Below are positions 39,401-53,100 of a stretch of 64,000 bases of DNA, in pieces. The notes below the pieces were generated by a model that was given only the letters and a program-made list of their open reading frames with translations, did not search any database and had not been told where the DNA came from. The stretch spans positions 606,648 through 670,647 of the forward strand of contig CM082576.2 in the NCBI GenBank assembly GCA_040954595.2, given 5' to 3'. The position numbers and the translations under genes were made by a program. Position 1 is the stretch's first letter. Each line of letters begins with the position of its first letter. This DNA is from Balanoglossus misakiensis (taxonomy: Eukaryota; Animalia; Hemichordata).

Positions 39401-42400
39401 AAAATCATGTTAAATTCATGAATATTTCAGAGCAATTGCTGAATGACATGATAAAGATGAATACCTTAATTTTTTTTCCTAGAGAAAATTTGACAAAAAC
39501 GATTGGTAATTGGCCCTATCATAAAATTTCCCTTTCCTTGTCTGAGCTGCCAAGCTTTCTGGCCCAATGGTGTTATGTGCAAGCTGCGAATCATTTCAGG
39601 TTGAGCAGTTACTCTTGGCAGCTAGTATTAGTAGAAAAAGAAATTAAAAATAATGGAAGCGGTCACACTGATGAAGAAGTATTACAGAGGTTTGATATGT
39701 TTTGACTTCTTTCCATAGATGAGAAAAATAAAAAGCAAGAGCAAATATTAGCCTTGGCAATATCAATCATTGTCTTGACAAATTCATCAAATATCAGCTT
39801 GACAACCCTGGGACACTCTCACCCAATTTACACATGTGCCTCAATTTATTGTAATTGCTTGATTGCAACAGTCAGATTCCATGTCCTAAAAGTTTACAGT
39901 GCAGGAGAGACCGTGTGGACCTAGCCTAGGCAGATTTCAGTCACCGGTGTACTTTCTGCCAATTTTTTTTTGTCGGCGAGAAACGAGGGTCTTGCATTAA
40001 AAGTATCTCTGCAAGAAATCTCATTTCAGTATATTCTTTTTAATAAGGCAGGTTGGTTTATTGGTGTAGAGGGTGTATTAATATCACTCATTCATGGTAA
40101 CACCCTGATGAAAAGGTGGGATGCAATTACTGTGTGTGGATATGAGGGATTCCATGCTGCTTTGAGATTCTTCTCCTCCTTGTGATTTATGTGACAAAAT
40201 TAATACTCATTGTACAGCATGTGTAATACGCTTGACACGTGTCTCTCTGTTGATGAATGTGCAAACACAGACAGTGAAACTATCTTTAATACATCAGTCA
40301 TTTTGATCTACAGCATTAAAACAGTGGTTAAAAAATCATAAACAAAAACCAAACATAACTGATGATGCCTTGTGGAGTAATTTCCCGGGATACAAATATT
40401 AATTATAATGAGCAGTTGAACCACGGCCCTGTGTGAACTGGCATAGCAGAAGAATAGCTCTCTGTCAGACCCAAAATATATTTACTAAAAACTTTTAGCA
40501 TTTTCGGTCAAATGTACTGCAGGAAAAAATGCACAACTGTCACGGGGCTGTGAAATTTCAATGATTTTCACCACAAAATTGGAAGTGCTGCTGAATTTTG
40601 CGATCGTAAACGTCCTCTGTTCGCTTTCTTTTTTTACGCGTAGGGCGTTTTTGTGCTGCGAGCGAACAGTCGCATGAATTATGAAAGAGCCAATCACAGT
40701 CATCCACAGCAAATTGCTTAATTATTCTGCTCAGTGAATGCAGTTGTATAACGTCTGTGGAAGTAACGGAATGTACAACGATCTCCGTACGATACTGACG
40801 AATAACAAATTAGGCATTCCTCCAGCTCCTTGGGTGTGCAAAAACCCATGACTTCCATAAATTGGCAGCTGACGCAAATGTCACCATGATCACAATGTCA
40901 CTCTGAGGTCTTCAGAAAGAAGGCGAAACAAAAGATTGGACGCCCAAATGTATGCACAGGTTCTATCTGCTGTATGGCGCCTGCATATCAATAAGCCATA
41001 ACGACAGAGTTCGCAAACACCAGCTCTACAAACTGGCCTTTGGAAAACTGCCTAACTCAGCTCCAAACTATCATTTTGCTTAACAATACAGATCCACTCC
41101 ATCAGCCTGAATGGAACATTACAGGCCAACAAAAGCTCGCTAATTCAGTTGTTTCTCACAAAACGAAGGCTACATATCACTGTTTCCCCAAGAGGAACTG
41201 GCACAAAAAGCTGGCAAATGAAAAGTACTATTCTAAAATATGAAATAAAACGGCAAAGTGGTGATTAAGCAAAAATCAAGAGGAGCTGAGAGCTCTTTTA
41301 TTGTGAGACCCTCGATAACTTGACTAACTAGCCTAGAGCAGCCAAATACCGCCCCCTAAACTGCATGTCAGACGGAGAGAGAGAAAACAGCATTTGTCAA
41401 ACTGAACTGACAAGAAAATCTATCAGAATTTAGTTTTAATGTCCTGCCAATCAGACAATGTAACCCAAGCATGGCTGAGTTTGGAGAGTCAGAACAAGCT
41501 GAAGGATACACTTATGGCCCTCCAATGTATTTGCACTGAACTCAGGACAATACTCAATGGTGAAAAATGCTGAATTCAATCAATAAAAGCCATTCCAGTA
41601 TCAGTTTTCTGACTTCACTGCTAATGAAGCATTCAAATATTTGTGTAAAGGAGTACCACAGATATGAATATATGACACTTGATGTGAGAATTCACCATTT
41701 GTGGGCAGAAAGTTCCGCATTTGTTTGCATCTGAGTAAAGACACTGGCTTAAACTCTTGGAGATAACCCCAAAAAAGTTTAACTGCACTTCGCTGACGAT
41801 TATAGGGGTCAGACCAGGAACACATGACTTTTCCCAGAGTGTTTGGCACAAGAGAATCATTCGGTGCCTTTGTTTATGGAATTTGTCTTTCCCTCAAAGG
41901 AGTCAGGCAAATTGAAAGCTTTTAACAGGTGTCAGCCAATGTGAAGGGCGTCCTAATGACAGCATATGACAGGCGCTGGTGTAGAGATACTAACCCACTA
42001 TGAGGCTGAGATCTCTACAGGCCCATCAGGGTGACAGAGACCCAATGAGGCCTGGCAGTGTCTCACCGACTTCAAAGCTAGCCTACAACTAAATATAGAG
42101 CACTGATGTGCACTGCTATAACTGTGGTTAAGAAGTGGCTGATAATGCCTTCAATAATGATCATGATGCCGGCACACAGCCCCTGTTTTCTGCACACTCC
42201 ACCCTTTCAAGAACTCTTTCAAGCCATTTACTCCACTATCAGTGGTTTTAGTGCCTTTACTCATTAGGAAAAAACAAATAAAATCCATCACATTCACAAA
42301 CCATCACAGAATGACATTAAAAAAATGTTTTATTCAAAGCCTGGCTCACTCACATCAACCGCCACAAACTGACAACACAGACAAGGAACAAGGTGTTCTT

Positions 42401-45400
42401 TCTAATTGTTTAACAGTCCATTCAGTAAAACCACCAACACAACAGTTAGGCAACCAAATTCAAACCTTTTCGATCTCCTACTAAAAAGTATTTTACACAG
42501 CTGAGCAGTCTCAATATCACTTGGATATGTTGCTGTGGCTATTTCACATCATTCTTCTTTCCTGATTCTGACATGTGAATAGAGTTGCCAAATACTTCAA
42601 GTTGATATTTGTTGGTAATATTTTAAAAAATATTCTCAATAACATATTTGAAGAAGAAAAAATTGTTTCTCTTGAATACTTAAAATAAGGTACACAGTAG
42701 CTTCCACATTTGGAGATGCAATCTTGTGTTTCTGATGAAATCTGGTCACTTTCCTGCAGAACTCAGTTTGACCGACAGACTGATAAAAGCACAGAACTTT
42801 ACAATTCAGTTCCAAAGATAACTTCTGAAAGCAGTCAGCACAAGAGATCAAATTGTGGGAAAATAGTTCAGTGTTACTGGCTACCTGCTCTAGTGTACGA
42901 CACATTGGACAAGTTGTACAGGAGTCCACTGCCTTGCATAGGAACATCATGAAGTATGGAACACATCTGTGTTTTTTTGGGGTAAAATGGTGCTTTTCTG
43001 TGGTCAACTATCTAGATACTATCTCTTTGAATGACAGAAAACGGTGGTCATTTACAAGTTTTGAATCAGAGACTATTGTATCACACAAGCAAAACACAGC
43101 ATGAATAAGAAGACATTTGGTGTACGCCACAACAAGCCATGTACCTCTTGGCATCTTTCATGTTGATCTCAGTCTGCGCACACTTTTTGTAAAAGGTTCA
43201 TTTATTTTTCAGAGGTGCAAATTTCACCTGAAGAGGCATCTATGCGCAGAGACATCTATATTTCATCCGAGGAGGTGTTGCCACTTCCTTAAATCGGTGT
43301 CAATTATCAGTTTTCAGGGGATGCAAACAGCAATGAGATTTTATTGCGAGGGTGGTTTGAAAACATGAAAATATTATGAATGTCTGTCTAATTTTACTAC
43401 AAGCTGAGGACTTGGGATACTATCAACAGCTCATCTTTTGTGAGTTTTCATTTGAGTATTTTCAATGTAACTTCAGTTTTTATCCATGTTACAATTCACA
43501 GGTCAATGCACATCAAAAATAGTAAAACTAAGAAATTATATCTGTAAATGTATCAGTGAATGTGAAACAAACAAAACAAGTAATGGCAGGCACAGAATCT
43601 AAAACAACAGTTTTAGGTCCAAATTGATTATTTTTTATGTTCAAATTGGATATATACTGTGATTTTTTAGAATAAGTTGAACAAAATAAAAACTACATCT
43701 GAAACTACAACTAAAAAATAAAGACTGGTCTAAAGATACTTGGTGGGAAAAATACACAGCGCTCATCTCTCTTCATTGCACTAAAGTTATACAAAATATA
43801 AGCGTAATCATATTATGCTGCTCTAAGAAGTGAAGGAGGCAAGTCTATAATCTTTGAAATGGGATTCAAACATCCTATGGAAATTGAATTATGGAAAACT
43901 GGAGAAGGCTGCCAGTTCACAGTTCACACAAAAAAACAAATGCAAAATTAAAAGCTGTGTGGAAGTGAAAGTTACCAGTAATATGGAATGGTGGGCAGAT
44001 TAAAGGGATTGACGGAAAGATGGCAAGAGATTTCACACACATGCAGTCAGCTAGCAGGCACCAGGAGATGGGAGACAAATTCTGGTGATTAAGTGAAATT
44101 CTGTCTCATTTTTACCCCGGCTGACAATTTGTCAAGTAGATCGGCATTAGTTTTTTACTTAAGGGAATTAATAAGTCAAAATGTTCCAATTGATACAAAC
44201 CACAGTTTTACACAAATCTGCTTGGCTTAACAACTAGTTCTAACACAGTATCAAATGAGCTTTTATATCAATTGGGGATTTAGTACCACCGATCTCTTTG
44301 GAGATTTCAGAAAAGATATTTCTTTTCTCTCTGTTTGAGTTGCCTCATCTCCAAAGAACAATTTTTTATTTATTTTCTAACAAAGCCATACATTATAACA
44401 TGCCTCAATTTATTCTGCAAAGGTGTTCTTTCAACCTTGATTTTAGTAAAATAAAAAGTCCAATACCTCACAAAATGATGGTCTTGTTCTCTGTTTTTGT
44501 GGACTGACTAAAATGAATATTTCCATGCTTATCGAAATCAGGCTTTAAAGAAAACATGATTGTTGGAGATTTTCAGTCAAGTTCAATGGGGAACTATACA
44601 TCCACCACATGTTAGCCCTATCTTCTATAAGTGTAATATGAAATTTATTTTCAAAATCCTGGAGAATTTCAGTGCATATTGGCTTTGGGGTTACAATGCT
44701 GTTGATATTTCCCAAGCGTCACTCATATCAGTTGTACAGTATCAAGTTACATTAGACAGAAAAATTCAGTTGTTATGGAGATACTGCTGCAGCGACACTA
44801 AATAAATTAAAAATTACTGAAGCTATTACTTCATTTTCGACTTTCTGGTCATTGCTACGAATTTAGAAGTCACCATACTCAATTCATTTGCAAGACATCA
44901 ATGCAGTTTTCATCAAACAACAGTGGAGATTACTGGAAACATTCGGAGTTTGGTTTGGAAGTTTGATTTTTTATGACCAACAAAGAACAAGGCAGAGTAT
45001 TCCATCCCATTTTACAGTATAATGAAACAAAAATAGATTTTCATAGGATTGGAAGATTAAAAAGCAAAGTGCAATCTGTGTGGAAAGTGAGGAAAATGTA
45101 TCCTTTTGGTAAAAACTAATAACAATAAATTTTTCATAAGCAATGGATTATTTTGTGCTCGAAAAGCTGTTCTGTTCCGTTCATTTCTCGGACATTTAAA
45201 CAGATGAACACTGCCATGGGTGAAATCTGACAGGATAAGTGTCAATATTTTAAAGAGCAAGCTAAGATTTCCGTGGATTTCTTTCGAGGTGCATGGTTTG
45301 GAGATGCAAATCCAGGCGATAGCACTGATTAAGATGGATTATAACATTGGCATGCTGAAAACTTAATGATGCTCACAATTTAGTTGGAGACAGGTGGATG

Positions 45401-46007
45401 AAAAAGCAGAGCAAAAGAAGACAGAAGGGAGTTTTTTGTGTGTTTCATGGGTGGCTCCATTTTCAGCTGAAATTGCATAGCTTTCAGTAATTTTGTGGGT
45501 AAAGAGTAAAGGGTGGTGTTTGTCCCATACCTTTGCTGGAGGGGGTGATCCTTAGATCGGGTTTTCACTATGTAAGATGAGCTGGCTGGGCCCTTCAGCC
45601 AAAACTAGTCTGAAGTAAGCTCTCTACAGCAGACATGGATGACCCATCTGCCTACAAAGTGCTCAAAGTGCTTCATATCTGACAACTTCAAACGACACAG
45701 AATGAAGACAAGCATCAATGCTTTTTTGATGCAATGTGAATCAGTGATGACTGTGCTTTGAATAAATTCAAACCAAATATGACCGCATCAGACAATTGAA
45801 GTTTTATATGTTGTTAATTCCAGAGCAAGAAAAGTGAAGTTCTACCTGGCCGATATATACTCCGTGGTTTAAAAGTTTGATGGCAGGAGGAAATTTTGTG
45901 CAACACTGCTGTGCAGAAACAAATGTCAAACTATAAAGTTAGAATTAAACATATTAATATTTATGTTTGTGGTTCCTCAGAACTGTAATGGATGACTGTG
46001 TGTTTAA

Positions 46008-46082
46008 GTGTGTGTGTGTGTGTGCGCATGTGTCAGTATATTCATTTGCCTGCATGCGTGCGTGCATGCACACGTGTGTGTG
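46008..46082. repeat. Degenerate (TG)n/(TGCG)n tract
   Basis: gtgtgtgtgtgtgtgtgcgcatgtg...tgcatgcgtgcgtgcatgcacacgtgtgtgtg. Confidence 0.85.
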
Positions 46083-47130
46083 GATGTTTTTTGTGCGGGT
46101 ATGCCTCAATCCACACCAGCTCAAGCATACTTTAGCATACGATAATGTATATATCACAAACTTTGTGTTACAGTATCATTTTTCTGTGCTGATGAGTAAA
46201 CCTGTGTATATATTTGATGCACTCTGCAAATTACCATTTTACAATAAATGCTTGGCAAAATTCAAGTGTGTATGGTTCAATATTTTCATCAGGCAAAACA
46301 AGAACATTATAAATATGTTTTTATAATCTTTTTCTTAAAGATTGTTTCTTTTTCTTTTCATTACAGATGCTGCATATATGAAGCTGTGGGATCAGGAAAT
46401 TTTACAGACCACGAAGAAAACATAGTCAAAATTCAATACTAGTCAGTTTGTTGTTTGAACTTCACACCATAAAATCTCTTTTCCACCTACTTAATGATAC
46501 AACCAGCTTTGTCATTTTTTGAGACTCTAGATATAAATATAGCATCAACTTGTAAAACTATCCTCAACTTCCCTTCCTCTTATGCTATTTTTATTTTGGT
46601 GGTTCAGTGACTGCGATCATACACAGACTTGACTTCATTGTAATTGTATTGGACTCGACAGACAGAATGGTTGCAAGATCAGCTAAACATCAAAATTGCA
46701 GAAGAAAGAAAGTTGACGAGCATACCAGTGTCTGGCCTGTACACAATCAGGCTACTCATCTGGTGTGCTTGTGTTACATTGCAGCAGGTGCCACAATCTC
46801 CCCTATTTCAGACTCTTGTCAATTTAGTGTCTGTGAACACACTCAGACAGGTTGGGATGATATCTGTGAGGTGAATAAAGCTTAGCTTCTGATCTGGCCC
46901 TCTTTTCTCTCTTTGAAGAGCTTGTTTCAGGGATTGATGAAACACTACAGATCACTTGCCACTCTCGACAGTAACTAGTGCTATCCGTACAGAGTATCAT
47001 CAGCCCAGGGCGTGCGGACAAGCTGCTTCAGTCAGTGTGATTTTGAACTGACGTATGTGTACTCACCAGTGGATGGGGCTCCAAAACAGACAAGAAGGAT
47101 ATTTGGCTGAACATAATGACACTCTCTGTC

Positions 47131-47154
47131 ATGATGATGATGATGAGGAGGAGG
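47131..47154. repeat. Short compound (ATG)n(AGG)n trinucleotide repeat
   Basis: atgatgatgatgatgaggaggagg. Confidence 0.8.
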
Positions 47155-50100
47155 AATGAAATATCAAACTAGTTGACCGAGAGCTTTTGGGAAAGGCCAA
47201 TAATGCAGTCTACAAGAGGTACTACACATACATGTACATGCTAGAGCTCAGCTCTCATACAATGTGCAGTCACACAACAGGTATGTGAGAGAGATCTGTC
47301 ATCCTCTTGCAAAGCATGTCATCACTTTAAAAATGCCACATGCAATTTCAAAGCGTCTGCAGTGAATCTGAAATGACTTGGGCCCGGCATTATTATTTTC
47401 ACATTGTTCTTAGAAATGAAAGAGGTAAATATTCAACAGCTCAAAGAGGGTACACGGGTGGAAAAGAAAAAAAAATCATCAACTGCATTTTAGGTTAATG
47501 AAAAAACCAGGTGATGGCTTTGAATGTTGTGTAGGGAAAATGTAAATGTCTGTGTGGCTAGGAGTGTTCACTCAGAGATTTTCAAAGCATGTGGGCATCA
47601 AAGATGTGGAGGGTAAAAAAGCAAATCTGCACAGATGAAAGAGAAACAAAAAGCGCTCCAAAGTGACACCAGGAGTATCTAAATGTAATTGATATGCAGA
47701 GATAGAAAATCGCTTGTGAGGGTTAAATGGACAAAATTATGGAAGATGATAGGATTAAAGGTTGGCAAGGGAAAACTCTGGTATTGGATAGAGACTGAGC
47801 AATTGGCTGAACTATTAGAGTGGTTGATCCTTGCAAACTGGTCAAATAGATTACAACATGTGTGAGCTGATCGTTTCTGGCCTTGTCTCCATACAATTTA
47901 CGGCATAATCTTCTGTGACCCATTTGGTGCTTGTACAAGCCAGAGAAAAGCTGGCTGTTTCATAACAAGCTCATTATACTTTTTGAAAAATCACTGAAAT
48001 AAACTAAGCCCTCCCCAGCTGTTCGAAAAATGATGCCTGGCTTTCAGCTAATTCTCTCTCTTCCCCCCCCCCCAATCATTGTCATTCTGTTTGGCTGATC
48101 TTTTTTCTGTTGAGCTTGTTGTGCTGTCGTGTGCTCTGTTAAAGCTTTGGATAACAGAAACTACAGTGAATGGTGGATAATAACAAAGTGTCACAGATCC
48201 TGGCTATCAGAGATGACGTCTAGAAATCTGCGAAACGCGGCAGTGATCTGAATTGTGGCAGACAATACCCGACTAACAAGTAGAAAAGCAAGGCCCATGT
48301 GCCGTGTCTCTCTACACTTAACTCTGGCTTCCTCCCTATTATCCACTTTGCAGCGTGATTTGCTGGAAAATTGAGTCGGATGATTCGATGAAGTGAAATA
48401 AAGCTGGTGGATTAGCCGAGAACAATTAGAGCTAAATTGAAATCAAATTAAGGGCTGGAGCATGCATCAATGAGCTCATTAAATCAAAGCATAGATAAAT
48501 TGATCTGCATTGGCTGTTGCTCTCTTGCACTATTTAGCTCCTCGCATTCAAAGTAGAAAATGTACAACTTCTGTCCTATTTGCCCCATTCTACAAGTGGC
48601 TGCAAACATCTTTTTTCCCTGTTCAAATTGTGCAGAACACAAGCCATAGCAACAATAGGACATGTCTCTGCTAATTTTGTGTACAGAGGGAATCTTGCCA
48701 GGGTCCTTTACTTCTGCCTCTTTCTTTGAACAGCTACATTGTCAAGTACTCTTCCCCCATGAATGGGAAATATTACCACTGATTTTCTTAAATGAAAGTA
48801 CTAACGTACAAGATAATGGTTAGAATACACAGAATACATAAAAAATTGAACTTCTTCTGTTAACATGAGTGGGGCTGGGAAGAAGAAAAATCTGCTTAAT
48901 AGAACCCCTCAGATGCTACATGGAGTGTTGACTTCACCCATCTCAAATCAACGCACGCACAATATTTTTCTTAGATTCAAAAATATTTTGCGAAATGTCA
49001 CAACGATAATCATACTGCTACAGCAATATTATTCTGACTTATCACGACGAAAGTTTCTGACGAGGATTTACACTTATCTTTCAAATTCCTTCAGTTTTTC
49101 AACTGAAAGAGTTCTCTTTGATTTGATGACCTCGTGCAAAGAACCAGAGCACTAAGTATTACAAATAATACCATGTTTTGTAACCTTTGAAACATGATAC
49201 TTTGTCATATCAAAAACATGATATTACAAAACACATTCTTCTTGCATAATTTCTTCCAGTATTGGGTATCCAATTGCTTATCCTAAATTTCTACTTTTCT
49301 ATAAAACCTACAATTATTCCATATTCCTAACATTTCAATTTCAATTTTTTTCTTGCACTGACTCATATCTGGTGATGCCCAGGGTTATTATTTTGAGGAA
49401 ACATTATGACTGCTGCACTCAAAGAAATACATCAGAGATGATGTATATTCTTGGAAGTGTTATGATGCAAGGACAATACTATCCTTCAGATTGGCAACAA
49501 AACTGCAATTGTGGTATTGACATATGAAAATATGACATGCAGTCATGAAGATTCAACAGATCGATTTATTTTTGGTGACTTTGAAGCTTTTTTTCAGCTA
49601 CATATATATCTCATTAAAATCCCTCAAACGCAATGACACAGACAAATCTTGAAGATGAATAGCATGCACGAATAAACCTGATGTACAGGGATCTGTACTT
49701 GATTCAAATGATACAAAAATCATTACAAGTCAAAGGTATAGAATCTTCAACCCTTTCACCGACATGGTTCAGTCCAAAGCCACAGTTTCCTTTGGCAAAG
49801 TCAGACTTTTACAGAGGAAAACTGGGTGAAGAGTTAAATGGGTTAAATATATTTTGGTCCAGGAGATTTGTCTGCCTATCTCAGTTTACATACCGGAATT
49901 ATGTCACCCAAGATGAGATGTTTTAATGTAACAATGTTTAAAGTTGCAATACATATCACAAATGTAACATTTGGTATTTGCTGTCAATCCCAACATATTT
50001 TGCGAGAAGCAAAGCAAATCATGGGTTTGCGTTAAAAGAGAGAAATGGAACAAAATGAAGTTGAAACCTACAGAATGAGGATCAGGGCTGACTGGTGACG

Positions 50101-53100
50101 CAACCTATCAGATAGCTGCAAATTAAGTTTGATATTTAAATGCCTTATCCACTTCATGACAAATTCATCTTAGGGATTATTGCTATTTATCCTATTACAA
50201 CCACATGGGCTTTTGTGAAAATCATGACTGCAGACAGACCCAGTTTTATTAAATAGTTGATTGCCCGAGACAGAGAGACAAACAGACAGACATACAAAAT
50301 GACACCTTACAGATATCCCAGTCTCGCTTTTAATAATTAAAAGATTGTTCAACATAAATTATATACCCCCCACAAAATCTGTAATTTTGAAGCCTGCATC
50401 AAAGATAGAATTTTCTTACTCTGACTCTGTATACAAAATGAGGATATTAAACTTAACAGCTGGAAAATACACAATAAATCACACCTTTTTGCCAATCTGA
50501 GGTTTAGCTCCTGAATTATCCACACATTTTCAAAAATACTGAATTATTAAAAACTGTTGCTCCGCTTGAGGTTAAATCAACCCCTCTGACCTATACTCTC
50601 CAAACTTAGAAATAAGCTACCTTTTCGATATCACACAGCAATCAACTTTGACATTACCACTTGCTTTAAAACAAGAATAAATCTCAAGTGTTTGGACAAA
50701 ATATGTTTTCTGTCTGGTGATGAAGAATTGCATCGTTTTTTTCCAGAAATTTGTCAAAGTTTGATGAAATAGAAATTTTTTCACATCGTACAAGCATCTG
50801 GAATTTTGATTGCAGTATCAGTCACTCAGACATACAACTATCAATTGTGTTTCTTTTATTATTGTGAAAGTCAACTGTTTCAGTCACGTCACTCCCACAG
50901 GAGTGAAATGATAAAGTCTAAAACATCCAATTAGGAGTGCAGGCAATTTGTGCAATAAGCTTGAAACATGGCAACTAATTTCTTTAGGTAATGAGTAGAC
51001 ACTTGTCAGGTCATTCGTGTTGTAAACTGGATTACAGAGGTGTGCTGTACTCGGACTGAAATCTGGAGGGAAAACATATTTTTTTCATCACCATTTATAG
51101 CTTTGCTCTTTGCTAGATTTTATAACTTGGGAGTGATCGCCTGCAGAAATGAAACTTGAAAGTCAATTGCTGCACATGACAGTGACGCACAACTCTGACA
51201 GCTTGTGTGAATGGAAGGTGATTACCATATTTGACTTGCGTGGCTTTTGTCTCTGCTGAGCCACTGAGAAGGATTAGTGACAGGAAATCGGGAACTGTGT
51301 AGGATGTGTTAAGAGTCTGCCAGTTCCTTGACTTTTTTGAAACACAACTAATTGCACTGCCTACTTGTCAAGTCCAGTTGCTAATGAATCTGATTTCTCA
51401 ACAACAGGCCCTTGAAGGCCATCGGAGTGTGTGGGGAAGCAGGTCTGGCTTTATCCCGCGTTATAAGTATTATTTTTAATTTTCGGGGGGTTGTTGGAAG
51501 GGAAATTTTCATTGTTCAAGGGGTGTGTTGATAAAAAAACCTTTCACATTTTGTCTCATGTTTCAATGACTGTGGGAAGGATGGTGCAAGTCTCAGCTAA
51601 CCGGAAAGGCAGGATGCGATCATTGCTAAAATCTGGCGTCAACAAAACGCATTGGGTGATTTTATGTACTTAAGGGTCAAATTCAAAGAGCAAACCACTT
51701 CACCATGATGGTCAAAATCAATCGGGAACAAAAGGGAAAGTTGACATTATGACTACTTGTCAAAGTAGACTCAAATCTATCACAACTGCAAACTGGTGTC
51801 ACCAGCATTCTCTTGTGTATGGAGGTAGAAAATTGCGATCAAAACCGACATAAAGTTTACAGGTTTTTAATACTCAGGGGAGGTGGGATTGCACATTGTT
51901 GAAATTTGACAAGCAAATACCAGAAAACTATCATTACAGATGGTTCTGCTGTTACCCTTACCATCAGCAGCTTACAGCTTCTTTTCAAATAAAATAAAAT
52001 GAAATACCACACAGGTAAAGTTGAAATAAAGATCAGTTTATGAAATATCAAATATATTACATTTTTAATACTAAAGATGCTGGCTTGGTCTATAATCAAC
52101 TATTTACATGAAAAGAAATGGCAATACAATAAACAATGCAGTTCAGGAACTGCAGTGGTAAAATATTGAAGGAACAGATCACCAAAACAGCTCTGCCGAC
52201 TTTATCAAGACCATGAATTTTTTTCAAAGGTTGAAAATTTATTTACTCTCAGGAAAACCTGGTCCATTCAAAGGATCCTTACAATTTGTAGTCAAAGCAC
52301 CTTAGTATATTCTACACTGATTGAAAGTAAGTTTTTGTGGTCATTGCTATCTTTGCAGACATCTAATATTGACACCACAGTTCACTTGGAGGAAATGTAG
52401 AAATGCTCAATCGATAATGTTTCTGTTACATGTAGTCTTCCATGACATGTCCCGTACCCTTTACATCCTTGTAAATATTTTCATTAGACCGGTCTTCAAA
52501 GTGCCCATTTCATCGATTGGACCGAAAAAAAAAGTAACTTTCTCAGAGAAGGCTCACAGCTGTGCTGTGTAAAATGAGAGCTGACCACAAATGTGGCAGT
52601 AAGTACAAGGTAAGTTTACACCCAAAGCATCCCCGACTGTTCACACAGTCTCCTGATGAAAGCACTCCACCAAGCAATGAGAGACCCTCTTCTGCTCCTG
52701 TCTGGATGATCAATATTTGCATATTCGCAACTGTATCATGCACTTGTGACCCTTCTGTGGTTACTTTGATTCTGTTCTCTTATAACTGGTGCCTACATGC
52801 CATGTTTCACAGAGGGCAGGGCAAATATATCGTTTGACGGAAAGGCCAAAACAATGTTTTACTAAAAACCTGATCAAGAGCAGTTTCAATTTTTATTGAC
52901 AATCTGTTGTGATCAGCATTCTAATTTGCTTGAAAAAAGTTATTCTGTGTCCATCAAACTGTGAATAAACATGAACATGAAGCGCGAAAATGCACTAAAT
53001 GCCATTGCTTTCACTTAATTGTCTGCTGAGAAGATTTGAGAGGGGGGGGGGGTTACAGTGAACAAGAGGGCGCCATACTCTCTACAATTCCAGGAATCAA

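Noticed and set aside
47061-47170. Minus-strand donor G|GTGAGT preceded by a PPPHHHHH-encoding frame
   Set aside because: The frame arises from a trinucleotide repeat, and the nearest acceptor gives an immediate stop in phase 1.
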